DNA from: Octopus bimaculoides
Lineage: Eukaryota
Assembly: GCF_001194135.2 (NCBI RefSeq)
Contig: NC_068995.1
Location: 57,216,608 to 57,280,607 of the forward strand
DNA length: 64,000 nucleotides
Direction of reading: 5' to 3'
Position 1 is the first letter of the stretch. Each line of letters begins with the position of its first letter. A program made the position numbers and the translations under genes. The notes below the pieces were generated by a model that saw only the letters and a program-made list of their open reading frames with translations, searched no databases and was not told the origin of the DNA. This document shows positions 13,001 to 25,328 of this stretch, piece after piece.

Positions 13001-13539
13001 TACTATTATACTCTCTGAAAATCAAACCTTTAATTTAATAATAGCTTATTTCATGCTAAGATATTAAGGTTGATTAAAGCAACAGGCTAGTAGTTTTCGA
13101 AAATAAGGTGCTTCCTGTCACAGTGATAGTTTGTCAAAGCCAATAAAAATTGGGGTATTTTTTTCTTTTATTTTATTATTGTTTTCTTTTATGTACATGA
13201 AAGAATTCTTCAGTGTTTATAACAGCAATTTTCTTCTTCATTCATCTTTCATTGTTTTCTAACTAAATCTGTTGTGTTGTCACTCAGCAATATTATATTG
13301 CGAAAACAAGTTTCTGTGAACAAAACGAAAACCCCACCAAAAAGAAAACCCTTAATGTCACTTTTTTAATTTTGTTTTTTTTGTTTTTAGTTTTTCTCTT
13401 TTTGTTTCTCTTACGTACAGAACTAGGTTTATATTATTCCTCGTTATCTATAGAACAACCTGCAGACATCAGCCTAGAGAAGATGATGATTTAATTTCTG
13501 AAAATGCTAGATTTAGCCACCATGACAAATACACACACA

Positions 13540-13570
13540 CACACACCACACACACATACAATCTCTCTCC

Positions 13571-13624
<54 letters not shown>

Positions 13625-13842
13625 ATTAGCTCAGTAACTTGCTCAAGCAATTTACTCTTTCTGTTCTTCACAATCATTATAACTCTCCCTTTTTCCTCTC
13701 ACTCCTTATTTCTTCCACTCTCTCTCTCTCTCTCTCTCCCTCCCTCATTAGCTCAATTTTTTTCATTCTTTCCTATCTCCTTTCTCATCGTAATCATTGT
13801 CATAATACTTGTTACCTCTCTCTCTCTCTCTCTTTCTCCCTC

Positions 13843-13881
<39 letters not shown>

Positions 13882-13995
13882 CTCCCTTATCCCTCTCTCT
13901 CTCTCTCTTACTTAACAGTTTACACATTTGCTTGACACAGACATCCAGCACTGCCAAATCAACATAGCTTGTCTCTCTCTCTCTCTCTCTCCGCT
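13540..13995 (+). repeat. Compound (CA)/(CT)/(TCTA) pyrimidine-rich tract
   Basis: Seen directly. Confidence 0.9.
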
Positions 13996-14214
13996 TCTTG
14001 CTTCACTGCTAGTATTTTCTTGCTGGCTGAGTCATCTCGTGTGTACTATCCCTTCCTTTTATGCCTTAGGAAAAACAGTGATTCAGATCGGAAAGACTTC
14101 TGAATAGAACTCTTAGCAAAAACACAATCTCAATGGGTGCAAATTGCACTGTAGATTTGAGACTATTCACTAACTGACAACTACTTGAAAATATACCACA
14201 TACATACACCCATA

Positions 14215-14241
14215 CATATATATATATATGTGTGTATGTAT

Positions 14242-14280
<39 letters not shown>

Positions 14281-14560
14281 GACACACACATACACACACA
14301 TACATATGTACATATGTATATGTGTGTGTGTGTATATATATATATATACACGCACACACATACATGTATGTATATATATGTATACACTTATATATAAAAA
14401 CATGTTTACATATGTGCATGCCTGTTTGTGTGTATGTGTATGCATGCACATATATGGACACACACAAACATACTGGTATTCAATCTATAACCCATGTGTG
14501 TGTGTCTGTATATCTCCATCCATCCGCCCATCCATGTATCCATCTAGCTATCTACACCCA

Positions 14561-14609
<49 letters not shown>

Positions 14610-14610
14610 A
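14215..14610 (+). repeat. Compound (TA)/(TG)/(CA) microsatellite field
   Basis: Seen directly; source of the ORFs at 14066-14669. Confidence 0.95.
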
Positions 14611-15321
14611 GTCAATGTACAGTCCACTATGTTTGCAGCCTAGCATCACAAAAATTGACACGAGAATAAATGACTACTGGAAAATTAAATAATAAACAAT
14701 GTTTCCATCATCGCTTGGTTCTATACCCTGGTGAAACATCGCTGCCAATTGCAACTGTGATTACTTTAAATAACATTGTTGCTCTTACTGTTCTGATCAT
14801 CCCGTCATCATCATCATCACCATCGTCATCAACATCGCCATCGTGTTCTTCACTACATTGGATTTATCTCTAGTTTATTGATTTAGTTTGAACTGTTTGG
14901 TAATATTGTTTATTGTCAGCTCCCCCCCCTCTTTATTCATTATCCGAACCATTTACTGTGCTGTGTTGTTTTGTTGCTGGTTTTTTTCTTTCTTTTTGTT
15001 TGTTTCTTGGTTATGTTTATCTTGTCAGCAAATGTAGAAAGACATAAATAAATAACTGACTGACTGAAAAGACAGGTCTATTCCAACCTCACATTGCTTA
15101 TATAATTTCATTCATCAGTACAATACTTTCTCTCAATAGTTATCCCACCACCACTGCCACCACACCTTACCTTCTTCAGTTACAATTACACTCCCCACTC
15201 CACATCACTTTATTTCTTCAGTTGCTTAACGACTATGCATAATTATCTATTTATCTACCTATCTTTCATTATTATTCAAGTCAGAATTGGTAATTGTGCA
15301 AAGAGATGATCGAGAAGGAAG

Positions 15322-15445
15322 CATGGCTGGGAAGTTAATGAGTTCAATTCCCACCATTCGCAACGCTTGCAGTCATGTCCTTCCAAGTTCAGCCCCATTC
15401 CATGGCCAAGCATGTTTCTACTATGGGCTTTGATTGAGCCCCACC
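15322..15445 (+). mobile_element. SINE tRNA-like head fragment(s)
   Basis: agcatggctgggaagtt...gagttcaattcc and aagttcagcccc...ggccaagcatgtttctactatggg. Confidence 0.55.
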
Positions 15446-15473
15446 CATTAATTGCATAAATTGTACATCTTGT

Positions 15474-15885
15474 ATCTTTTACTTTTTTTACTCATTGGAC
15501 TGTGGCCATGTTGGGGCACCACCATGAACAAATTAACTGCAGTACTTCTGGGTTTTTTTTTTTTTTGCTTTTTTTTAAAGTGTGTTACTTATTCTATTGG
15601 TCTCTCTAGCTGAACTGCTAAGTTATGGGGACATAGACAAACCAATACTGGTTATCAAACAGTAGAGTATATAACAAACACAAAAACACACACACATGCA
15701 CACCCACCCATACATATGTATGATAGGCTTCTGCACAATTTCCATCTACCATCTTCACTCACAAGACTTTGGTCAGCCTGGGGTTATAATAAGTGACACA
15801 TGCCAACAATGTCATACAATGGGATCGAACTTAAAACCATGCTGCTGCAAAGCAAGCTTTCTTAACCACTCAGCCATGTCTGTAC
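15474..15885 (-). mobile_element. SINE family A, full length
   Basis: Collinear with 10432-10800 and 27931-28308. Confidence 0.9.
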
Positions 15886-16517
15886 ATTTGTGTTTTTCTG
15901 CTTGTTTGAAAAAATTTTTTTCACACCTGGTTCAACATCTCTTTTTGGTCCTTCAGTGTCTTTCGTCCAATTTCTTGCAAGCATTTCAAACAAGGCTTCC
16001 AAGACAGCTCATTGTCTGTATCCTCTTATCCCCTTCCCACCACATGTCACTGGGCTTTGTTAAAAGGTCACCGGCATTACCCCCCCTCTCTCTCTCTTTG
16101 ATTAAGCCATAAAAATAATTAACTTCTACACAACATCGTTTTATCTGTGTCTATCTTCACAACTTTTATTCATTTCTCTATAAATGGAAGTAAACATTGT
16201 GTAAAGAATTTCCTTTCATTCGTTTCCCCATAACTCACTCACTCAATCATTCATTCTCCAATTATTTTCTCAATCCTTGTTTACACAGTTGTATCTATCG
16301 AATACCAACTCCATTATTTTCAAATACCTTAAGTCTTTTCATTGTCTTGAATTAGTGTTTGGCTGGATGGAATGTTTTCTTGAGAATGGCCAGATTCGTC
16401 ACATGATGGTGATGGTGATTTAGGCCTACTTCAGGACACAAAATATTCTCTCTCCCACCTTTACACATTTGCGTATGTGTGTATACTTATGTGCATTCAA
16501 ATAAATATATATATGTA

Positions 16518-16550
<33 letters not shown>

Positions 16551-16599
16551 ATATATATATATATATATACATGTATGTATGCATGAGAGTGTATATGCA

Positions 16600-16631
<32 letters not shown>

Positions 16632-16633
<2 letters not shown>

Positions 16634-16947
16634 GACACATGGCTTAGTAGTTAAGGTATTTGGCTCATGATCATAAGGACATGAGCTTGATTCCTGGCGG
16701 ATCTTGTGTCCTTCAATAAGACGCTTCACATGGCTCCAGTCAACTCAGCTGTCAAAAATGAGTTGTGTCTGTATTGGAAGGGGCCAGTCTCATTACATTT
16801 TCTGTCGTGCTGAGTCTCCCTGAGAACTATGGTAAGGGTGCATGTGACTGTGGAGTGCTCAGCCACTTGCATGTTAATTTCACTAGCTGGTCATTCCATT
16901 CATCAGATCAACTGAAGCCCACATTGTTGTAACCAGCAGAGTACCAG

Positions 16948-16950
<3 letters not shown>
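16632..16950 (+). mobile_element. SINE family D (tRNA head + CORE-like segment)
   Basis: tggcttagtagtt (A box), gcttgattcc (B box), then tgtgtccttcaataagac...cagctgtcaaaaatgag. Flanked by (TG)n on the left and (CA)n on the right. Confidence 0.8.
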
Positions 16951-17003
<53 letters not shown>

Positions 17004-17094
17004 ACACACATACATAGTTCCAGCAGACCTAATGAATGCATTACATAAGTGTAATATGAAACAGTCTGTGGTCTGTATGTATATATAAATATAT

Positions 17095-17313
17095 GAGTAA
17101 GGCAATATTTCCCCATGGCCAGACATATTTCTGCAGAGTATTGGAAAGGAATCACATTCATTCACAGCAATCATGCAATATCAAGACAACAGACACACAC
17201 ACAGGACTTCTTTCAGTTTCCCTCTACCAAATCCACTCACAAGTGGAACTCACTCCAAGACTAAATTGTTTGGTTGAAGAAAGTTTTTTTAACTCAGCCA
17301 TGCCAGCCCCTGT
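17095..17313 (-). mobile_element. SINE A' (family A head with alternative tail), internally deleted
   Basis: gtaaggcaatatttccccatggccagacat (tail) joined to cttctttcagtttccctctaccaaatccactcacaag (head). Confidence 0.8.
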
Positions 17314-17653
17314 ATAGCTTAAAGTGTAGTTTAAAACTTGCATTCATTGTAATCGTAATTTTCAGGTTCTTATTTCAACAATGGCATCAAAGATTTTTGG
17401 CCTGGAACTCAAACTTGATCATGTCTTTGTTTTATTTGAAAAATGAAATGAGTTACTGGAAAGCCAGATTTTTTCATTTCTTTCTTTTCCATTTTTTTTT
17501 ATTTTACTATTTTTATTTCAGTTTATCCCCCCCCCCCCCCCCCGCCAACTTTTTTTGTTAAATATAAATCTTAAAGTTTCTATGTAAGAACTTTCAGTGT
17601 AAGCCGAGCATGTTTATATTTTTAATCTGGACCCTTATTATGTGTAAATATCC

Positions 17654-17882
17654 CTAATCTTTTTGCTATCAACCTGCCTGATACTGCCCCAGGATCTCTC
17701 ATACACACTTCCTCTTTCAAACTGATCTCAGTTAAAAACCTTCCGTTGAAATTTCTTGTTAAATTATTTTCCAAACACCAGTTTATTTATTACAAAGTTA
17801 TTAAACTCTTCATTATTTTCAAAATTAATTGAAACAAAAGGCAGAGAATTTCAACAAAAAATATGGTTAACAAAAGGGTTAA
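17654..17882 (-). mobile_element. piggyBac-like MITE family 2
   Basis: Ends aacaaaaggg-ttaa; the reverse complement aligns with 4712-4925. Confidence 0.75.
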
Positions 17883-18439
17883 AAAGTAAATAATCAGAAC
17901 AATTCTGTCTTCGTTACAAAAGCTCTGTGTTTTATTCTTTTTGTTTTGTTTGCTTGTTTCTCTTCACTCCATTCTTTCCGCTAATAGTAAACAGAATCAG
18001 TCTGGTAGTTACTCAATTGCAAAGTTTATCTGTTGAGTTGGCTTTATCAGGATGTTTGGAAAATGTAGACTGTGCATCTTCTGTTTGTCTAATTAGTTGA
18101 CAGTCTGCAAGTCTGGCCAATGTCAGAATCACTACTCTGTTACTGTTACTGTTGCTGCTGTATCTTCTACTACTGCTGCTGTTGCGACTGTATTCTGATA
18201 TCATATAGTTCAGTTCACCTATTTCCCAATGAGCAAGCTTTGTTGGTAATGGTCACTGAAAATTCCTAAAAAGGAATATATATATATATGTATATTTATA
18301 TATACATATATATATATATATATATTTATTTATTTCTCATTTCACTGGTTGAGATATCAAAGTGATTTTTAAACCCCTACAAGAAACAGGATATCCCAAT
18401 AAATGTGTACTGCTGCTGTACTATGAACGATGACTCTCT

Positions 18440-18938
18440 AGAGGTGAAAGGAGAGAAGGAGAGAGAGAGAGAAGGAGAGAGAGAGAGAGAAGGAGAGAGG
18501 GAGAGAAGGAGAGGGAATGGCTTCATCTTGTTCCATTTCAATTCCTTCCTGTTCTTGTGATTGCTTTCTATCTACTCCACTCGTAGACTTTTTCTTTCTC
18601 TCTTTCACCTTCCATCTTCTCTTTCCATCATGCAGTTTCTCTCATGTGATCAGCTTCTCTCTCTCTCTCTCTCTTCTTTCCTATTCCTTTTCGTTCCACT
18701 TTCTTGCTCTCCATTTCTGTTTTTCTTTCTATTATACACCTCTCTCTCTCTCTCTCTCTTTCTCTCTCACACACACACTTTTCCTCTCCCTTCATTACAC
18801 ATTTTCTCTCTTTCTCTTAGATTTCTTTTCTCTTCCACTCACACATTTCTTTCTTCTCTCTCTCTTTGCTTCTCCCATCTTCAACTCATCTTTTCAATTC
18901 CCTCTCTCTCTTTTCTTCTCTCAACTTATAACATTCTT

Positions 18939-18985
<47 letters not shown>

Positions 18986-19170
18986 TTCCATATTCAGTTT
19001 TTCTCTCAATCCATCATTCACCTTTGTTAATCAAACACTTCTCCACAAAATCCTTTCTCTCTTCTCTCTCTCTCTCACTACATTCTGACAACCTCTCTCC
19101 AATTATTCTTCCCATCATAATTTATCCATCTCCCTATCTCACCACTCTAATCAGGAATCTCCTCTAATCC
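18440..19170 (+). repeat. GA-rich tract followed by a roughly 650-bp CT-rich low-complexity tract
   Basis: Seen directly; explains ORFs 18517-19167 and 18561-19088. Confidence 0.9.
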
Positions 19171-19215
19171 GACTCTAAAATACTCTATCTTCTAAACCCA
19201 TTACCTGCTGCTACT

Positions 19216-19416
19216 TTACTCATTAATTCTTATTAACATTAGCTTCTTTATGCAATATCCTTCCCTTTTATTGTCACACAATATTTCTAATTGGCAGAGT
19301 TTTATTTCAAACTGCTTTGCCAGTTGACTCTTCACCTCACTGAATCTATCCATTTCTTCTTCTCCGCAAGAGTCCAAAAAGTTAGTCTTAACAATCAGCA
19401 TCAATCTACTTGCCAT
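19216..19416 (-). CDS. Non-repetitive 66-aa ORF (MASRLMLIVKTNFLDSCGEEEMDRFSEVKSQLAKQFEIKL...); product unknown
   Basis: Acceptor-like tattgcag 6 nt before aaatATGG, and a possible internal donor GAG|gtgaag. No homology recognised; could be chance or a decayed retroelement. Confidence 0.15.
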   Translation of the reverse strand: MASRLMLIVKTNFLDSCGEEEMDRFSEVKSQLAKQFEIKLCQLEILCDNKREGYCIKKLMLIRINE

Positions 19417-19569
19417 ATTTTACTGCAATAGATTTGATTAAATTGCAAGAGTTTTTGGTTTGTTTTCTTCTTAAATTTTCCCTTTTAATTCCAGTTTTAT
19501 ATTCTGTTTCCTTTTCAATAGAAATTATAGTCTATCTTATAATTTTGGTTCAAATCAGATTCCAATTTA

Positions 19570-19775
19570 CCATATTTGATGACTCATCAGATGCACCTTT
19601 TTCCCCCAAAAAAAACAAGAAGAAAGAAACAGTTGTTTCAACAAAAAAAGAAAGTCGCCCTGGGTCCTATATGTGAAGTTAATTTGCGCCCCCCCCCCCA
19701 ACTCTAAAGCACTAAAAAATTTTCTCCCTAAATATGCACCGTTGAAATTATGTTGCGACTAATATACCAGTGTCT
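19570..19775 (+). mobile_element. Possible Tc2/pogo-type (Tc1/mariner superfamily) DNA transposon left end
   Basis: ta|ccatatttgatgactcatcagatgcacc resembles the CCGTATTT...TAAGATGCAC termini I recall for Tc2-type elements; there is a subterminal tgcgactaata. No right end was found. Confidence 0.35.
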
Positions 19776-19956
19776 CTTTTATGCCACAATTCTTGGTCCA
19801 CCATCACTACCTTGAGGTCCCGGGTACATTTCTGGCCAGTGTCTGTAATAAAGTTGTTGATGTTAGTGTGACAATGTTCTTTTCTTCTTACTTCACCAGG
19901 AACTGGGTTCCACAAGACTAATTTGGGTGCTTCCAGTTCAGGGTGGTGCATGCAGT

Positions 19957-20225
19957 GACCAGATGGTTCTGGGTTCAGATGGAAACTGAAAGAAGCCCGT
20001 CATATATATATATATATATGTATTTGTGTGTCTGTGTTAGTACCCTCACCATTGCTTGACGACTGATGTTGGTGTGTTTACGTCTCTGTAACTTAGCAGT
20101 TCGGCAAAAGAAACCGATAGAATAAGTACTAGATTTACAAAAAATAAGTCCTGGGGTCGAGTTGTTCGACTAAAGACAGTACTCCAACATGGCCACAGTC
20201 AAATGACTGAAACAAGTAAAAGAAT
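19957..20225 (+). mobile_element. SINE family A, young, with about 75 bp deleted from the head/core
   Basis: ggttctgggttcag is joined directly to atggaaactgaaag; several CpGs are intact in the 3' half. Confidence 0.9.
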
Positions 20226-20959
20226 ATATATGTATGCATATATGTATATATACATGTATATGTATACACACACACATAAACTTCTGCATGGGCTCTGCCT
20301 GCAAAATTTCATTCATAACTCAAAGTCTGTGCTATTGAATTGTGGGATTGCTGTTAGAACTATGTGGTCACAAACCAAACTTCATATCGACACAGATTTC
20401 AGTAACAATTTAAATTAGATTCAGCATTGTGAGTGAGGGTGGGAGAATATTATTAGTTGGTGCTATACCTGTTAAGTGGAAACTTATAAATTCAAAATTA
20501 TAGGTAAATTGCTATTGATTAACCAACTTGTGGTGCATTATTTGTCATTTTATATTGAATTAGCTTAACCTACCTTAACTTTAAACAATTAGTATCATGG
20601 TTTAATTAAAAATAAAAGGAACATAGAAACAGCCTGGTTGTCATCTGCAAAGCTTAATGCTGGATCCAAGCTGACGAAGATGGTTTTACTCTTTCTGTTG
20701 TTTTTTTATTTATTTTGTTTGTGACCTTACTTTATCAGTCTGGGACTTCAGCTGTCAGAATCTTATATTGAGTAACAGTGATCATAAGTAACAGAGATGT
20801 GTGTGTGTGTGTGTGTGTGTGATAAGGGGAGAAGGTGTGGGGGGAGAAAAAGTTCTGACATTTAGGGTGGCTTTCAGTAGATCTGGTTTATTGGCTGTTC
20901 ATTATTACATGACTCAAAAAGAAAGCTTAGTGTTTAATTTGAAAATAATTTAACATACA

Positions 20960-21121
20960 GGCGTAGGAGTGGCTGTGTGGTAAGTAGCTTGCTTATGAAC
21001 CACAAGGCTCCCAGTTCAGTCCCACTGTATGGCACCTTGGGCAAGCCTCTTCTACTATAGCCTCAAGCCGACCAAAGCCTTGTGAGTGGATATGGTAGAC
21101 GGAAACTGAAAGAAGCCCGTC

Positions 21122-21157
<36 letters not shown>
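20960..21157 (+). mobile_element. SINE family A head, young; runs into an assembly gap
   Basis: ggcgtaggagtggctgtgtggtaag (A box), agttcagtccc (B box), ggcaccttgggcaag (CORE-like start), then (TA)n. Confidence 0.9.
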
Positions 21158-21574
21158 NNNNNNNNNNNNNNNNNNNNNNNNNNNNNNNNNNNNNNNNNNN
21201 NNNNNNNNNNNNNNNNNNNNNNNNNNNNNNNNNNNNNNNNNNNNNNNNNNNNNNNNNNNNNNNNNNNNNNNNNNNNNNNNNNNNNNNNNNNNNNNNNNNN
21301 NNNNNNNNNNNNNNNNNNNNNNNNNNNNNNNNNNNNNNNNNNNNNNNNNNNNNNNNNNNNNNNNNNNNNNNNNNNNNNNNNNNNNNNNNNNNNNNNNNNN
21401 NNNNNNNNNNNNNNNNNNNNNNNNNNNNNNNNNNNNNNNNNNNNNNNNNNNNNNNNNNNNNNNNNNNNNNNNNNNNNNNNNNNNNNNNNNNNNNNNNNNN
21501 NNNNNNNNNNNNNNNNNNNNNNNNNNNNNNNNNNNNNNNNNNNNNNNNNNNNNNNNNNNNNNNNNNNNNNNNNN
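21158..21574. other. Assembly gap (N run). Other gaps: 7620-7630, 33797-33811, 37161-37219, 45278-45393, 51353-51362, 51792-51813, 59232-59241
   Basis: N characters. Confidence 1.
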
Positions 21575-21595
21575 ATATATATACTTCACTTACAT

Positions 21596-21709
21596 ATTAC
21601 TTCACATTCTCAAAGTTTCTAAATTCTAATGATGTAATCAACAATATATTTATATAGATATTGTTGATTACATCATTAGAATTTATAAACTTCGAGAACG
21701 TGAAGTAAT
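21596..21709. repeat. Long inverted repeat: 52-bp arms, 10-nt loop, 3 mismatches
   Basis: Left arm attacttcacattctcaaagtttctaaattctaatgatgtaatcaacaatat versus reverse-complemented right arm attacttcacgttctcgaagtttataaattctaatgatgtaatcaacaatat. Confidence 0.95.
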
Positions 21710-22149
21710 TCTTTTTAGGAATGGTGAATCTTGAAGCAAATAAAGCTATAAATAATACCATTTAAGTATTGGGTTAAAGAACTCTTTGAATGAAGAAATC
21801 AAATGCTGCCTGTGGCACTTTGAACTCACATCTCCAACAAATATTATATATTGCAAATACATAAACATATTTTTTTGTGTAAAGTTTATAGAAAAGCTTT
21901 GTAGATTTGAATACATTACAGTGATACATTGGTATGAAATAAGTGAACATAGTCGAAGAATTATCTTTTAGTTGGTATGAATGTAGTCCAACTGGTGTGC
22001 ATGCATTTGTGTGCATATACATGCATATATGAACACAGAATGTGGTGTGACATGCACAGTTGGAGAATATGGGTCATTGCAATAAAGGCCAGATGGAATT
22101 CTTCTCTCACTCACTCTCCCTCTCTACAGAATTCTCTGCAAGCCTACAA

Positions 22150-22352
22150 GAGATTCTCTACATAGTCACTACTCAGTTTGCTAGAAATTACTGTAAAATT
22201 TCCCCTTGATAACATTTAAAACAAAAAAAAAAAAACGATGATACATAAATAAATAAAGATCACATTAGATAATATAATGTTAGTTATATTATATCTCTGA
22301 TGCAGTTGATCATAGTTCTATTGAATCAAGGTTAGCCTGGGGCGAAAGAAAA
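22150..22352 (+). mobile_element. SINE family E, decayed
   Basis: ttgctagaaatt...gatcatagttctattgaatcaaggttagcctgggg. Confidence 0.6.
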
Positions 22353-22719
22353 ACAAATTTTTACATTACCAGCATATTGTGTGCATACACATATTTACAC
22401 TCGCACATACATATATAAACACGCGCGCGCGCGTACATTTGTATTTAAATGCCAGTAAGAGTTATTTCTCATTTCTATTCTGAAAGACTATCACAACTCC
22501 GACTGTCCCAGCCTGAAAACTCCGATGCTAATTAATCAGTCTTTTCTCTCTATTTAGTTCCATTGCATTGTCTTATTCCTTCCTTTTTGTTGAATTAAGA
22601 GAGAGAGAGAGAGAGAATATTCTACCTATGTTAACCTGCTCAGCCTCTCCTTTCTTCCTCACTATCCACCCTCCCTTCCTTGTATCAATTGAGTTAGACT
22701 GAAATGATTTTGGCTGGCT

Positions 22720-22860
22720 AGCAGGTTTGTCTGGTGGGCCAAGTGTCTGACTGACTGGCTGGCTGGCAGGCTGGCTGGCTGGTTGGTTGGTGCGTTGGCT
22801 GCCTGTCTAACTGGCTGCCAGGCTGCCAGGCTGGTTGGTTGGTTGGTTGGTTGGCTTGGA
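22720..22860 (+). repeat. (GGCT)/(GGTT)/(GACT) tetranucleotide field
   Basis: Seen directly. Confidence 0.9.
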
Positions 22861-23084
22861 GTGTGTGTATAGTATGACCCAGTTTTGTGAATGATGCACT
22901 CTCTCCATTCTCCCTGTGCTGCCAGTATCACAACATGGCAGTAGATGTAGTACAGTAGCAGAAAGAGCAGAAGCTCACAACACTCCTTTCTCTCCTTCCC
23001 TCCCTCCCTCTCTCTGACTTATTCTCTCTTCTGCTGGAATCTGCCTCTCCAATTCTACTTTCACTTTCGTGTTCGTATTCATAT

Positions 23085-23092
23085 ACATATAC

Positions 23093-23153
<61 letters not shown>

Positions 23154-23160
23154 CACATAT

Positions 23161-23197
<37 letters not shown>
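23085..23197 (+). repeat. (TA)n followed by (CT)n
   Basis: Seen directly. Confidence 0.95.
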
Positions 23198-23199
<2 letters not shown>

Positions 23200-23985
23200 G
23201 CTGCTGCTTCCTCTGCTTAGTTTTGCACCACTCCATCATCTCACTCTCCGACACTCACGTGTTTTATTCTGTGCTTCAGTTATTGACTTCTCTCTGTATT
23301 TCCTGCTCCTTCGTATGAAATTCAATTCTTTAATAGGCAATTTGAATGTCCCTCTTTAGAGTCTGTATCTCTCTTACCCTAGTGCTAGTGATAATGATGG
23401 TGATGGTGATGATGATGGTGATGATGATGATGATGATGATGACATGAATGCATCAAATATAGTTCACTTGCTACTAGCATCTGCATCATCTCCAGTTCCA
23501 CACTTTCCTTGTCTTGCTAGCTACACCGCAAGACTACAACTAAAAATTCCACTGAATTATTATTATTATTAGTTTCATTATTATTATCAGCATCATTGTT
23601 GTTGTTGTTATTCTTCTTCTTCTTCTTCTTCATATATATGTTCAATTAAAACAAAATTTCTTATTTTATTTTTCATCCGTCTTTCTTTACTCATGGAAAT
23701 ATACTTATTATTCCCACAAGACATTTATTCCAAGTGATGTGTGTTTTGTATTTCTACTTTTAACAATAAACTTAATATAACTGAAGTTTGTCACTTAAAT
23801 ATCTACATTCTTTCGCCCTCTCTCACCCACTCTCTCTCACTCTCTCTTTTATTATTACTATTACTACATGTCTTACAGACATACATGTTTATGGGAATGT
23901 GTCTGTGTATACACACATGCACAGAAACCCATACACATAGCCACATACATACTATGCGTATTTGTATTTTATTTGTTAACCTCAG

Positions 23986-24030
<45 letters not shown>

Positions 24031-24679
24031 TGTGGATATTCTAAAGTGTTAGAATTAAAATTGTTGAAATATTTCACAACTGTTCAGATTCGTAGGAGAT
24101 AGGATAGGATTATAGCTTTCTTAACTTTTCACACACAGGAAACGGTTTGTTAATTATGCATCATGTTATTGGTAAATTTGGAATTCTTCTGTTAACCGAA
24201 TTATTGTACATTTCCTCCAGATTAACTCAGTCTGATGGCTTCGAAATCACTGCAAGATATCTTTAACTAGCTATTTGATTGGCCTTCAGTTACCTTTCGT
24301 AGAACATAAGGTGTATCCTTTGCGTAAGTGATTTTTCAAAAAAAAAACTAGGAAGTATTGCTTCCTCTTTCATATGGATCTGTTCATAGAAAGACAAGTC
24401 TTTTTGCTTCATTTGATCTTCGCAGGTCCTGACACATTGATGAGTAATGATGCGTTGACAAATTGAATTTAGAAATTCACCAGGAGAAGATCTGGTTTCG
24501 GCTGCTTTTTGTTTTTTTTTACTTTTATTTTTATATGCAGAATGAAAGTGGATATGTGGATATTTAAGTAAGATCTTACTTTTTAAAACTTTTTTTTTTT
24601 TAACGAGTCAACTTATTTAGAAAAACAATATTTTGTCATTGTTTAATATCTCTTCTGAAAATCATCATCACCTTCATTA

Positions 24680-24885
24680 TCATCATCATCATCTTTAATG
24701 TCCATCATCCATACTGGTATGGGTTAGTTGGATGATTTGACAGAATCTGATGTGTGTGACAATTGCATTGTGTTCCATCATCTGCTTTGGAATGGTTTCT
24801 ATAGATGGATGTCTTTCCTAATGTCTACTTTCCAGTGTGGACTCAATACCTCTTTTCCATTGCACCAGCACTAGTGAGGTCACCG
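24680..24885 (-). mobile_element. SINE family B
   Basis: catcatcatctttaatgtcc...ggtttctatagatggatgtctttcctaatg...gcaccagcactagtgaggtcacc. Confidence 0.8.
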
Positions 24886-24969
24886 TGTATACAGAAATTT
24901 ATTGTATGCAATTGTTTTGCAAAGTTTAAGAGTGTGATGATATTTGCCATTTACTCCAGTAAAGGACCT

Positions 24970-25135
24970 ACTTCTATCTAGGTGGTTACTTGACTTGTTA
25001 GAAATAGAGACAAAATCTTTCTTAAATTACACTCTAACTTTCTTGGAAAAGAGATAGACACTTTGGATATTATAGTCATAAGTTTGCTCTAGATAATCCT
25101 GGCTGTATTCCTTTTATCATAACTCTGCTCAACAA
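24970..25135 (+). mobile_element. SINE family E
   Basis: acttgttagaaatagagacaaaatct...gacactttggatattatagtc. Confidence 0.65.
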
Positions 25136-25233
25136 CCAGTTGAGTCCTGTCTGGTTTAGCAGCTAAATTAACTTTTTTCCTAAATTACTTCAACACCATT
25201 GAGAATAACTTTGAAACAAATTTCCAGATATAA

Positions 25234-25275
<42 letters not shown>

Positions 25276-25285
25276 ATATACATAT

Positions 25286-25328
<43 letters not shown>

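Noticed and set aside
20960-21060. tRNA genes at A-box/B-box motifs (also 16632, 36037, 49867)
   Set aside because: No cloverleaf or acceptor stem, and each continues into a multi-copy SINE body. These are SINE heads.
24440-24505. C/D-box snoRNA starting at tgatga
   Set aside because: No CTGA D box or terminal stem at a suitable distance.
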